NCBI GenBank assembly: GCA_041484095.1
Contig: JBGPGW010000001.1
Coordinates: 1-45,204 of the forward strand
Direction of reading: 5' to 3'
DNA length: 45,204 bases
Origin: Alphaproteobacteria bacterium
Lineage (GTDB): Bacteria; Pseudomonadota; Alphaproteobacteria; CADEGL01
Of the stretch, positions 7,231-16,328 are shown one piece after another. Position 1 is the first letter of the stretch. Every line of letters begins with the position of its first letter. Position numbers and translations under genes: made by a program. A model generated the notes under the pieces. That model saw only the letters and a program-made list of their open reading frames with translations. It had not been told where the DNA came from and did no database searches.

Positions 7231-8325
7231 ATGACGCGATCGAAACGGCACACACTCGGCCTCTGCCTCCTCGGATTTGCCGGCGCTTTCGTTTTCCACG
7301 TCAGCGCCCACGCTCAGCCGCCCGCGCCGGCGCAGCCGATGGGTGCGACACCGCTCATCCTTCCCAACGCCGGGCCGGTCGGGGTGTCGGATCCCTCTGT
7401 CACGGTCGGGCCCGATGGACGCACTTGGCTCGCCTACACCATGATGGAGCAGGCCTCGCCGGTCGTGAACCTTCAGACGCGGATCGCCTATCTCGCACCC
7501 AACGGGCGCGTGTGGCACGACATGGGATTGATCAACAAGACGACGTCCGCCGGATCGCCCGAATCGTCCTGGGCGCATGAAACGCCGAGACTGCTTTACG
7601 ATCCCTATGGAGCACCTGGCGAGCAATGGTTGTTGTTTTGGTACCGCTACAAGCGGGTCGGCGAGAAACCGGAGTTCGATCGCGGCTGGGTGTCGCTTCG
7701 CACCGCGGCGGATCCGGCGCCGGACAAGTGGTCGGCCGAGCGCAAGCTGTTCGTCGGATCGCGTTACAACAAGGAGGAGGACAGCGTCGGCGGCCCGCCG
7801 GAGGTGGGCGTCCACGAGCTGCACCCCGATCTCGCGGACTGCGCGCTTCCCGGCGAGGTCGGCGCGCTTGCCGCCAAGGACGCGCTCTATGTGAGCCTAT
7901 ACTGCGCGGCCAAAGACCCGGCGAAGGCGCGGGTGATTCTCCTGCGCCGGCCGCGCGCTCAGCCGCGCTGGGACTATGTCGGCACGCTGTTCGACGGCGC
8001 GGATGCCAAGGCGCTCGGCTATCGCAGCTTCACCGCGACCGAACTGGCCGAGCAGGGCGGCAAGCGCTACCTTCTGCTTTCGCCCGAGAAAGACTTCATC
8101 TACCAGGGTTGCGCCGCCTTCGAGATCACCGATCTCGGGCGCGCGCTGCTCGCGCGACAGGCCGGCCGTCCGGTCGTCAAGGCGCGGATCGACGCGAAAT
8201 CCGGAAGCTTTCGGGGGGCATGCGCCTATGACGGGCGAAGCACGCTCGGCATGCTTTACGCCGAATACTTCGCGAGCCCGCCAATCAGCCGGATCTTCGC
8301 GAGCCGCGTGCGCCTGCCGGATTAG
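7231..8325 (+). CDS. secreted hypothetical protein (Sec signal peptide, no family recognised)
   Basis: MTRSKRHTLGLCLLGFAGAFVFHVSAHA-QPP looks like a signal peptide with an AHA cleavage site. Composition and codon usage match neighbouring genes. It starts 3 nt after the methyltransferase stop. Confidence 0.6.
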   Translation: MTRSKRHTLGLCLLGFAGAFVFHVSAHAQPPAPAQPMGATPLILPNAGPVGVSDPSVTVGPDGRTWLAYTMMEQASPVVNLQTRIAYLAPNGRVWHDMGLINKTTSAGSPESSWAHETPRLLYDPYGAPGEQWLLFWYRYKRVGEKPEFDRGWVSLRTAADPAPDKWSAERKLFVGSRYNKEEDSVGGPPEVGVHELHPDLADCALPGEVGALAAKDALYVSLYCAAKDPAKARVILLRRPRAQPRWDYVGTLFDGADAKALGYRSFTATELAEQGGKRYLLLSPEKDFIYQGCAAFEITDLGRALLARQAGRPVVKARIDAKSGSFRGACAYDGRSTLGMLYAEYFASPPISRIFASRVRLPD

Positions 8326-8749
8326 GGCGTGGACTCCTAAGCCCGTAGCCAGGTCGGATTGATGCGAGCTTGATGAAGGCAAGGTCGTTGGCTGCGAGTT
8401 TGTCGTAGCGAGTGGCAATCCGCCGACACTGCTTGATCTTGTTGAAGAATCGCTCAACCAAGTTTCGCGTTCGATACAGGTAAGGGCTGAAGCAGATTGG
8501 CTCCTTGCGATTGCGTTTCGGCGGAATGTTAGCCCACGCTCCTTGCCGGTTGGCGGGCGCCCTGATCCAGTCCGCATCATAGCCACGGTCTGCAAGTAGA
8601 ATTGTTCTCGGATGCAACCCGGTCAGGCGTGCTGAGCAAAGCTGATTGTCATGAGCCTCGCCGGGCGTAAGGTCGAGCTGCACCGGCAGGCCGTTGGCGT
8701 CCACGACGGCGTGAATCTTGCTCGTAAGTCCGCCTCGCGAGCGGTCCAT
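8285..8749 (-). pseudogene. IS5-family transposase, C-terminal DDE frame; lies in the +1 frame relative to the N-terminal part and lacks its own stop
   Basis: RSRGGLTSKIHAVVDANGLPVQLDLTPGEAHDNQ...LLADRGYDADWIR...NLVERFFNKIKQCRRIATRYDKLAANDLAFIKLASIR is DDE_Tnp_1-like. The ORF reads out of the element into the 3' end of the neighbouring gene (8285-8325). Confidence 0.8.
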
Positions 8750-9130
8750 ATGTTGCCGTCTGTTGCCCGCGATGCAGGCCTCCGTGCCGGTGCACGCGCA
8801 CGATAGAGGTATCGATCATCTGCCCAGCCAGATCGTGAGCGGCGGCCAGCGCATCCATGATCTGGTCCCAGATGCCAGCTTGCCGCCAGCGAACGAAGCG
8901 ATTGTAGCAAGTCGTGGAGGGGCCAAAGCTCTCCGGTAGATCGCGCCACGGCGCACCTGATCGTAAGACCCAAAAGATCCCATTAAGGACACGCCGGTCG
9001 TCTACACGTGGCACGCCGCGCGGCTTGTTCGGGAGCATCGGCCTGATGACACTCCGTTCATGGTCGGTGAGTTCATGCCGCATGATTCGAGGCTCCAGTT
9101 TGGAAGCTTGAATCATGCCCATGCTGATGC
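8326..9130 (-). mobile_element. IS5-family (IS427-like) insertion sequence, probably decayed; ends approximate
   Basis: Contains the two transposase reading frames listed next. I could not find convincing terminal inverted repeats by eye. The best candidate is GGACTCC (8331-) against GGAGCCTC (complement, ending near 9096), which is weak, so the boundaries are uncertain by tens of nt. Confidence 0.65.
8649..9083 (-). pseudogene. IS5-family transposase, N-terminal frame (DUF4096-like HTH part)
   Basis: MRHELTDHERSVIRPMLPNKPRGVPRVDDRRVLNGIFWVLRSGAPWRDLPESFGPSTTCYNRFVRWRQAGIWDQI is the typical IS5/IS427-group N-terminal domain. The frame then drifts into Arg-rich nonsense after ...IDTSIVRVHRH. 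Confidence 0.8.
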
Positions 9131-9287
9131 GCGCAGCACGGAACCGGCATTGCCGGTGTTCATCACTAAATGGACATGAGCGCCGAGTTCAGTTACTTCG
9201 CAATTTGACCCCAAGCGGACATTGGCGCCAATGCCCGACAATCTATCGCCGCATCGATCCAGCCCTCCGTGGGCATCATGCCATATC

Positions 9288-9647
9288 CTACTTGCCCTGG
9301 ATCATGTCCATAAAGGGAGGAAAGGTCAGCAGCAAGCCAATCGCCAGCGCCGCAAAAGCCACCACGTTGATCTTGGCCAGGTTGATTGTTCTTGTTCTCC
9401 ATTGGCGGTTAAGAACAATCCAGGATACCAGCCACACGATGATCGCCCCTGCCGTAACGCCTGAGAGCGTCCCGGTCGGATTATAGAAATTCAGCAGTTT
9501 CGAGATCGTTGGCGAAGCATCGCCTGCCAAGGCCAAGATGCCGAGCATGGCGCAACCAATGCCTGCTGCGAGAATGGCAGCCGCACCGGGCCCATTCGGA
9601 ACGCGCGTAGCTTCACTCGAGTCGGCCAGTTTCTGCGACATGCTCAT
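9288..9647 (-). CDS. small integral membrane protein (about 3 TM), unknown family
   Basis: 119 aa with hydrophobic segments AAAILAAGIGCAMLGILALAG, GVTAGAIIVWLVSWIVL and VVAFAALAIGLLLTF. Its ATG overlaps the stop of the upstream gene (ATGA at 9644-9647). G+C is lower than the flanks (33/60 at 9301-9360 by hand count). Confidence 0.6.
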   Translation of the reverse strand: MSMSQKLADSSEATRVPNGPGAAAILAAGIGCAMLGILALAGDASPTISKLLNFYNPTGTLSGVTAGAIIVWLVSWIVLNRQWRTRTINLAKINVVAFAALAIGLLLTFPPFMDMIQGK

Positions 9648-10213
9648 TCTTCTCCCTCCATCAGAACAATGATCGAGCCACCGCGCACGGGCGCGTACTT
9701 ATTCAAGAAGGCGCCGAATGCCCCAGCGATTCCCGTCGCGACGAAAGCGACGACCGCGAAGGCCAGCACGGCCTTGCGCATGTGCTGGAGGCTGCTGAGA
9801 GCGCGCCCATACTTCCCGATGACATAGGCCACCATCGTCATCGAGATAGGCGCTATCCATGACACATGCTCTTTCCATTCCATGCCGACGTTATGCCACT
9901 CGGAGGTTTTCCCGCTGGAGAGGAGCAAGCGCCGTGGGTATTCCGATAAATCGGTAATGCCCTCTGGCGGAACAGCCCGATACCAGGGGTAAACGATGTA
10001 GGCGCCCGAAAATACCGTTAGCCAGGCGAGGATGACCATTACCGCAAGGTAGAGAGACAGCAATGTCTGCCCATAGCTGCTCGGTTGAACCGACCCACTC
10101 GGCGCGGACATTCGGTACAATTCCGCAAGAGCGCCCGAAAATGCCAGCATGAACAGTGCCCCGAAACCCATCCCATGCAACACCGTCCAGAAATCGTGAG
10201 TCGAGATTTCCAT
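9644..10213 (-). CDS. integral membrane protein (about 4 TM, His-rich loops), unknown family
   Basis: Start MEISTHDFWTVLHGMGFGALFMLAF at the ATG 10211-10213, preceded by GGGGGA 6 nt upstream. Later segment WHNVGMEWKEHVSWIAPISM. 189 aa. Translationally coupled to the 119-aa gene. Confidence 0.65.
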   Translation of the reverse strand: MEISTHDFWTVLHGMGFGALFMLAFSGALAELYRMSAPSGSVQPSSYGQTLLSLYLAVMVILAWLTVFSGAYIVYPWYRAVPPEGITDLSEYPRRLLLSSGKTSEWHNVGMEWKEHVSWIAPISMTMVAYVIGKYGRALSSLQHMRKAVLAFAVVAFVATGIAGAFGAFLNKYAPVRGGSIIVLMEGEE

Positions 10214-10699
10214 GGTATCCCCCGTGTTGAAGTGCGGCCGCCGAGCCCACTTGCCCACCCCTTAGTCTCGGATCGCCCACATCCTCAGGCTGCCTAGTGG
10301 TTGACATCCGATCTGCCTTACTTTTTGTACCTTATTTCAACATGCGGGACATGCAACTTTAAATTAGAACAAACCCTCGTTTAATTAATTCAGATCATAC
10401 CTTTACGCTATGCGGAGCTTGCTTCGGGGCGCTTCCCATGGCGCAATTCCGGCCTCTTCCGGCGCTGGCTGGCCATGAGAACGCGGCCGCATCACGCCAT
10501 CCACTGAAATCACTCCAGCAAAGGCGGCAGATGCAGTAGCCGCCATCTCACATGGCACCGTAGGGGAGTCTGCTCCTGGCACCTCTCGGACATGGTGCGA
10601 TCAATCAAGCATGGCCGCTTTCGCTCCGGAAGCGGAAGCTCACGAGCTGCTATCAGTCTCGATTTATGAGTTCACGGCCTGGGGCGCCTCAGCCGGCCG

Positions 10700-11809
10700 T
10701 CAGCGCAGCCGGTCGAGCTCACGGAGCACGGCATCGCCCATCGCCGTCGTCGAGACCTTGTTGGCACCCGGCTGCATGATGTCGGCCGTACGCACGCCCG
10801 AGGCGAGAACGGCCTCGATCGCGCGCTCGACGAGAGCCGCCTCCGCCCCCTGATCGAAGGAGTAGCGCAGCATCATCGCGAAGGAGAGCATCGTGGCCAG
10901 CGGGTTGGCCATGTCCTTGCCGGTGATGTCGGGCGCCGAGCCGTGCACGGGTTCATAAAGAGCGCGACGCCGCCCCGTCGAATCCGGCGCCCCCAGCGAG
11001 GCCGAGGGAAGCATGCCGAGCGAGCCCGTGAGCATCGCCGCCTCGTCGGACAGGATGTCGCCGAACAGATTGTCCGTGACGATCACGTCGAACTGGCGGG
11101 GATTGCGCACGAGCTGCATGGCGCAGTTGTCCGCGTACATGTGCGTGAGCGTGATATCGGTATACTCCGCATCGCGAAGCTTCTGAACCTCGTCCCGCCA
11201 GAGCACGCCGCTTTCCATCACATTCGCCTTGTCGACGGAACAGACAACGCGCTTGCGCTTGCGCGCGAGATCGAACGCGACGCGCGCGACGCGTAGGATC
11301 TCGCCCGTCGTATAGACCTGCGTGTTGATGCCGCGCCGCGAGCCGTCCGGCAGCGTCTCGATGCCGCGCGGCGTTCCGAAATACACCCCGCCCGTGAGCT
11401 CGCGCACGATCATCATGTCGAGGCCCTTCACGATCTCGGATTTGAGCGTCGAGGCGTCCACGAGCGCGTCGAAGACGATAGCCGGGCGCAGATTGGCGAA
11501 CAGCTGCATCTCCTTCCGGAGACGAAGGAGGCCCCGCTCCGGCTTCTTCTCGAAAGGCAGCGAGTCCCATTTCGGCCCGCCGACGGCGCCGAGCAGGACC
11601 GCATCCGACGCCATCGCATCGGCCATCGCGTTGTCGGTGAGGGGTGTGCCATGCGCGTCGATCGAGCAGCCGCCGACCAGCCCTTCCGTCACGTCGAACG
11701 ACGCGTGACGCCCCTTGGCCAGCCATTCGATGACCCGGCGCACTTGGCGCATGACTTCCGGGCCAATACCGTCGCCCGGCAACATCAGCAGTTTGCGATT
11801 GGCGACCAT
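10700..11809 (-). CDS. leuB: 3-isopropylmalate dehydrogenase
   Basis: [20 protein letters not shown]...[26 protein letters not shown]...[11 protein letters not shown], a full-length 369-aa LeuB pattern. Confidence 0.97.
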   Translation of the reverse strand: MVANRKLLMLPGDGIGPEVMRQVRRVIEWLAKGRHASFDVTEGLVGGCSIDAHGTPLTDNAMADAMASDAVLLGAVGGPKWDSLPFEKKPERGLLRLRKEMQLFANLRPAIVFDALVDASTLKSEIVKGLDMMIVRELTGGVYFGTPRGIETLPDGSRRGINTQVYTTGEILRVARVAFDLARKRKRVVCSVDKANVMESGVLWRDEVQKLRDAEYTDITLTHMYADNCAMQLVRNPRQFDVIVTDNLFGDILSDEAAMLTGSLGMLPSASLGAPDSTGRRRALYEPVHGSAPDITGKDMANPLATMLSFAMMLRYSFDQGAEAALVERAIEAVLASGVRTADIMQPGANKVSTTAMGDAVLRELDRLR

Positions 11810-11863
11810 GATCCTGTCTTTCCGTGGAAGGTACGTGGAATCAAACGTGAGACGGCGCCGCGA

Positions 11864-12487
11864 TCACGCCTTGGCCTGGCCGAAGAGCCATGGCTGGCGA
11901 GACGCCTGCGACGCCTCGAATCGATCGATCGCCGGTCGTTTCTCGAGCGTGAGCCCGATGTCGTCGAGCCCGTTGAGCAGGCAGTGCTTGCGGAAGGGCT
12001 CGACGTCGAAATGAATCTTGCCGCCGTCCGGACGCGTGATCTCCTGCGCAACGAGATCGATCGTCAGCACCGCATTGGCCCCGCGCCGCGCATCCTCCAT
12101 CAGCTGATCGATCTGGGCCTGCGGCAGCCTGATCGGCAGGACGCCGTTCTTGAAGCAATTGTTGTAGAAGATGTCGGCGAAGGATGGCGCGATGACGCAA
12201 CGGATGCCGAAATCAAGCAACGCCCACGGCGCATGCTCGCGCGACGAGCCGCATCCGAAATTCTCGCCCGTCACCAAGACCTGCGCCTTCCGGTAGGCCG
12301 CTTGGTTGAGGATGAATTCCGGCTTCTCGATCCCGTCGGCGTTGAAGCGGATGTCGTTGAAAAGATTTGCGCCGAGGCCCGTGCGCTTGATGGTCTTGAG
12401 GAACCGCGCGGGGATGATCCGGTCGGTGTCGATGTTCACATGCGGCAACGGCGCCGCAACTCCGCTCAACGTCGTGAATTTCTGCAT
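11864..12487 (-). CDS. leuD: 3-isopropylmalate dehydratase small subunit
   Basis: [31 protein letters not shown]...[17 protein letters not shown], 207 aa, downstream of leuC. Confidence 0.97.
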   Translation of the reverse strand: MQKFTTLSGVAAPLPHVNIDTDRIIPARFLKTIKRTGLGANLFNDIRFNADGIEKPEFILNQAAYRKAQVLVTGENFGCGSSREHAPWALLDFGIRCVIAPSFADIFYNNCFKNGVLPIRLPQAQIDQLMEDARRGANAVLTIDLVAQEITRPDGGKIHFDVEPFRKHCLLNGLDDIGLTLEKRPAIDRFEASQASRQPWLFGQAKA

Positions 12488-12497
12488 GTGATCGCTC

Positions 12498-13904
12498 CTA
12501 GACGAACTCGCGCACGTCGGCGAACCGGCCCTTGATGGCGGCGGCGGCGGCCATGCCCGGGCTCACGAGATGTGTGCGCCCGCCCGGCCCCTGGCGTCCT
12601 TCGAAGTTCCGGTTCGAGGTCGAGGCACATCGCTCGCCCGGCTTCAACTTGTCGGCGTTCATGGCTAGGCACATGGAACAGCCGGGCTCGCGCCAATCGA
12701 ACCCGGCCGCGATGAAGATCCGATCGAGACCTTCCTCTTCCGCCTGATGCTTCACGAGGCCGGAACCCGGCACGACCATCGCATAGACGCCGGGCGCCAC
12801 CGTGCGGCCCTTGGCCACCGCGGCCGCGACCCGCAAGTCTTCGATCCGGCCGTTGGTGCAGGAGCCGATGAACACCTTGTCGATCTTGATATCCGTGACG
12901 GCCATGCCGGCCTCGAGCCCCATATATTCGAGCGACCGCGTCATGGCCTTGGCCTTGCCGTCGTCGTGCGCTTCGTTGGGGCCGGGCACGCGGCCCGTGA
13001 TGGGCACGACGTCTTCGGGGCTGGTGCCCCAGGTCACGACAGGCGGAATCTCCGCCCCCCGCAACAGGACCTCCTTGTCGTAGACCGCGCCGGGGTCCGC
13101 GGGCAGCGTCTGCCAGTAGGCGACCGCCTGCTCCCACGCGCCGGCCTTCGGCGACAGCGCCCGCCCCTTGAGATAGGCGAAGGTCTTCTCATCCGGCGCG
13201 ATGAGGCCAGCGCGCGCGCCGGCCTCGATCGACATGTTGCACACGGTCATGCGGCCCTCCATGGAGAGGCTGCGGATCGCCTCGCCCGCATATTCGATGA
13301 CGTGCCCCGTGCCGCCGGCCGTGCCGATGGTCCCGATGATCGCGAGAATCATGTCCTTCGCCGTGACACCCGGCCCCAGCGCGCCGTCGACCGTGACGCG
13401 CATGTTCTTCGCGGGCCGCTGGATCAGCGTCTGCGTCGCGAGCACGTGCTCGACCTCGGACGTTCCGATCCCGAAGGCCAGAGAACCAAAGGCGCCGTGC
13501 GTCGAGGTGTGGCTGTCGCCGCAGACGATAGTCGTGCCGGGCTGGGTGAAGCCTTGTTCGGGCCCGATGATGTGGACGATGCCCTGGCGCGGGTCGGTCA
13601 TCGAATAGAGCTCGACGCCGAACTCCGCGCAATTCGCCGTCAGCGTATCGATCTGAAGCGCCGATTCCGGATCGTCGATCCCTTTCGAGCGATCGGAGGT
13701 GGGCACGTTGTGGTCCGCGACCGCGAGCGTCGCATCCGGACGCCGCACCTTTCGACCCGCCGCCCGCAATCCCTCGAACGCCTGCGGACTCGTGACCTCG
13801 TGGACGAGATGACGGTCGATATAGAGGAGGCATGTGCCATCATCGCGGACATCGACCACGTGGCTCTGCCAGATCTTGTCGAACAATGTACGGGGCGCAC
13901 TCAT
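12498..13904 (-). CDS. leuC: 3-isopropylmalate dehydratase large subunit
   Basis: [17 protein letters not shown]...[12 protein letters not shown]...[14 protein letters not shown]...[12 protein letters not shown]...GCSMCLAMN, the aconitase-family Fe-S ligand motifs, 468 aa. Confidence 0.97.
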   Translation of the reverse strand: MSAPRTLFDKIWQSHVVDVRDDGTCLLYIDRHLVHEVTSPQAFEGLRAAGRKVRRPDATLAVADHNVPTSDRSKGIDDPESALQIDTLTANCAEFGVELYSMTDPRQGIVHIIGPEQGFTQPGTTIVCGDSHTSTHGAFGSLAFGIGTSEVEHVLATQTLIQRPAKNMRVTVDGALGPGVTAKDMILAIIGTIGTAGGTGHVIEYAGEAIRSLSMEGRMTVCNMSIEAGARAGLIAPDEKTFAYLKGRALSPKAGAWEQAVAYWQTLPADPGAVYDKEVLLRGAEIPPVVTWGTSPEDVVPITGRVPGPNEAHDDGKAKAMTRSLEYMGLEAGMAVTDIKIDKVFIGSCTNGRIEDLRVAAAVAKGRTVAPGVYAMVVPGSGLVKHQAEEEGLDRIFIAAGFDWREPGCSMCLAMNADKLKPGERCASTSNRNFEGRQGPGGRTHLVSPGMAAAAAIKGRFADVREFV

Positions 13905-13925
13905 GACGGCGGACTCTCGTGTTGC

Positions 13926-14462
13926 CTAGCGATGATCGGTTCGTTCGCGCCGACGCTCCTTCTTCGGCTTTTCCTTTTTCGCCTTCTTCTCGGACTTGGC
14001 ACTTGGCGCGGCATCAGCGGATGACGGCGCTGCGGCCACGCTTTCGTCGCGCGCGAACGCTTCCGCGGCTGTCGCCGCTTCGGCGCCGCCGCCGAGCGCA
14101 GCCGTGCCGATCTTCTCCGCGATGCGGGCGGCCTTGCCCGTGAGACCCCTCAGGTAATACAGCTTCGCCCGCCGCACGGCGCCGCGCCGTATGACTTCGA
14201 TCTCGGCGATGCGCGGGCTGTAAAGCGGGAACACGCGCTCCACCCCTTCGCCATAGCTGATCTTGCGCACCGTGAAGGAAGAATTGAGGCCCGCATTTTT
14301 GCGCGCGATGCAGACTCCCTCGAAGGCCTGTACGCGTTCGCGCGTGCCCTCGATGACCTTCACTTTGATCCGCAGCGTGTCGCCCGGCCTGAAATCAGGC
14401 ACTGCGCGCGCTGCCTTCAGCTTGGCAACCTGCTCGCCTTCCAGCTCGCGAATGATATCCAT
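13926..14462 (-). CDS. rplS: 50S ribosomal protein L19 with an Ala/Lys/Glu-rich C-terminal extension of about 55 aa
   Basis: Start [11 protein letters not shown] at the ATG 14460-14462. Core [37 protein letters not shown]...[21 protein letters not shown]...[18 protein letters not shown] is canonical L19. Tail: ...[28 protein letters not shown]. Confidence 0.95.
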   Translation of the reverse strand: MDIIRELEGEQVAKLKAARAVPDFRPGDTLRIKVKVIEGTRERVQAFEGVCIARKNAGLNSSFTVRKISYGEGVERVFPLYSPRIAEIEVIRRGAVRRAKLYYLRGLTGKAARIAEKIGTAALGGGAEAATAAEAFARDESVAAAPSSADAAPSAKSEKKAKKEKPKKERRRERTDHR

Positions 14463-14466
14463 GGCT

Positions 14467-15243
14467 TCAACCCTTCCTTTCACTGGTCACGACGGCCGAT
14501 GATCGCGCTTTCGCTCGAATCGCTTCGTAGCGAGCCCACAAATCCGGTCTCCGCAATCTGGTAATTTCCTCTGCTTGCAAACGGCGCCACTCGCGGACAC
14601 GTTCATGATGTCCGCTGAGCAACACCTCGGGCACGCCGCGTCCCCGCCAATCCTGTGGTCGCGTGAAATGCGGGTATTCGAGCAAGCCCGACGTAAAACT
14701 TTCCTCCTCGAGCGATTCCGCCGCCCCCAGCACGCCGGGCAAAAGACGGACGCACGCGTCGATCAGGCAAATCGCGGCCGGCTCGCCGCCGGACAGAACG
14801 AAATCGCCGAGGCTCACCTCCTCGACGGCGCGCGCCTCGAGAACGCGCTGGTCGACGCCCTCGTAACGCCCGCACAACAGAACGACGCCCGACCCTTCGG
14901 CGAGCGCGCGCACCCGCGCCTGGACGAGCGGCGTCCCGCGGGGCGACAGATAGATCACGGGGCACGGCGCAAGCCCCGCCGCGGCCCGGGATTCGAGCAC
15001 GGCATCGAGTGCCGCATCGATGACGTCCGGGCGCATGATGAGACCGGGGCCGCCGCCGAAGGGCGCATCATCGACCGTCCCGTGACGGTTGATCGCAAAG
15101 CGCCGGATGTCGATCGCGTCGAGCGACCATATCCCGGCCGTGCGCGCACGCCCCACGAGCGACTCCCCGAGCAACCCGGGAAACATTTCGGGAAAGAGCG
15201 TCATGACGCTGGCGGTCCAGTTCGGTCGCATCATCCTAGGCAT
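14467..15243 (-). CDS. trmD: tRNA (guanine37-N1)-methyltransferase
   Basis: ...[22 protein letters not shown]...YLSPRG...[13 protein letters not shown]...[13 protein letters not shown] is the TrmD SPOUT pattern. The start is ambiguous between ATG 15243 and the ATGs at 15234/15231. The first overlaps the rimM stop by 8 nt. Confidence 0.92.
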   Translation of the reverse strand: MPRMMRPNWTASVMTLFPEMFPGLLGESLVGRARTAGIWSLDAIDIRRFAINRHGTVDDAPFGGGPGLIMRPDVIDAALDAVLESRAAAGLAPCPVIYLSPRGTPLVQARVRALAEGSGVVLLCGRYEGVDQRVLEARAVEEVSLGDFVLSGGEPAAICLIDACVRLLPGVLGAAESLEEESFTSGLLEYPHFTRPQDWRGRGVPEVLLSGHHERVREWRRLQAEEITRLRRPDLWARYEAIRAKARSSAVVTSERKG

Positions 15244-15820
15244 GCTCCCGCGCTTTGCCGCCCGCGGCCCGTCGCCGTTGAGGGGGGCGCCGCTCCGCCG
15301 CGCCGATCAGTCCATCCGGCGGATCGACCACGATGCGTCCCCGCGCGAGATCGACGGCCGGCACGACCGCTCTCGTGAATGGCAACAAGACGCTCGCGCC
15401 GTCTTCCTGTTGAACCTCCAGGACGTCGCCGGCACCAAAATCGTAGACGGCAGAAACGTTCCCGAACGGACGGCCATCCGCGTATTCGGCGGCGGCGCCG
15501 ATGAGATCGGCGGCGTAGTACTCGTCGGCCGCCGCGGGCTCGGGCATGACGCGCCGCTCGACGTAAAGGCGCGTACCCTTGAGCCCCTCGGCTGTCCGCC
15601 GATCGGTGATGCCGGCGATGTGCGCGATGACATGATCCGGCCCGGCCCGGTCGACCCTAAGCGTGAACGATCGCGACCCCGTTTCGTCCGAAACGGGCCC
15701 GTACGCCGCCACCGCCTGAGGCTCGGCCGTAAAGGTCTTGATGCGCACGGCGCCGCGCACGCCATGCGCGCCGGCGATGGCCCCAAGACACAATCGTTTC
15801 GTTCCGTCCGCCACGATCAA
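15236..15820 (-). CDS. rimM: 16S rRNA processing protein RimM
   Basis: [28 protein letters not shown]...YYAADLIG... with a PRC-barrel tail. 194 aa, between rpsP and trmD. Confidence 0.9.
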   Translation of the reverse strand: MIVADGTKRLCLGAIAGAHGVRGAVRIKTFTAEPQAVAAYGPVSDETGSRSFTLRVDRAGPDHVIAHIAGITDRRTAEGLKGTRLYVERRVMPEPAAADEYYAADLIGAAAEYADGRPFGNVSAVYDFGAGDVLEVQQEDGASVLLPFTRAVVPAVDLARGRIVVDPPDGLIGAAERRPPQRRRAAGGKAREHA

Positions 15821-15841
15821 ACCCGACCGCCTTCTCTACCG

Positions 15842-16234
15842 TCAGCTCGCCGGCTGCTCTGCCGGCTGTTCCGCCGGCGCAGCGGCCGCCGCCGCGGCCT
15901 TGGCCGCTTCGCCCGCCGCCTTCATCCGCTCTTGCGCCTTTGCCTTCGGCAGATGCGCCTTCGTCGTCTCGCGAATCACCGGTTTCGGTCCGAGACCCGC
16001 GGTGTGGAGGAAATGCGCCACGCGGTCGCTTGGCTGCGCGCCGACGCCAAGCCAATGCTTGATGCGATCGACTTTGAGCACGACGCGCTGCGGGTCCTCC
16101 CGCGGCAGCATGGGATTGTATGTGCCGAGCCGTTCAATGAACCGGCCATCGCGCGGGCTGCGCGAATCAGCAACGACGATCCGATAGAATGGGCGCTTCT
16201 TCGCGCCGGCCCGAGTCATGCGAATTTTGAGCAT
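15842..16234 (-). CDS. rpsP: 30S ribosomal protein S16 with an Ala/Pro-rich C-terminal extension
   Basis: [41 protein letters not shown] is canonical S16. Tail ...[32 protein letters not shown] Shine-Dalgarno upstream. Confidence 0.95.
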   Translation of the reverse strand: MLKIRMTRAGAKKRPFYRIVVADSRSPRDGRFIERLGTYNPMLPREDPQRVVLKVDRIKHWLGVGAQPSDRVAHFLHTAGLGPKPVIRETTKAHLPKAKAQERMKAAGEAAKAAAAAAAPAEQPAEQPAS

Positions 16235-16328
16235 GTCTTTGCGGTTCTCCCTTTTCGATGTCTTTCGTTTCTCTCGATCTCAAACAGTCACGTGAGCACG
16301 ATTCGTTACCCGTATCCGCCGTCCCGAT

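Noticed and set aside
9220-9233. A 14-bp perfect palindrome CATTGGCGCCAATG between the IS relic and the small membrane gene, plus CCGGCAtTGCCGG at about 9153-9165.
   Set aside because: They are short, with no loop for RNA folding and no second copy in the window. They may be leftover IS-proximal sequence. Not enough to call a site.
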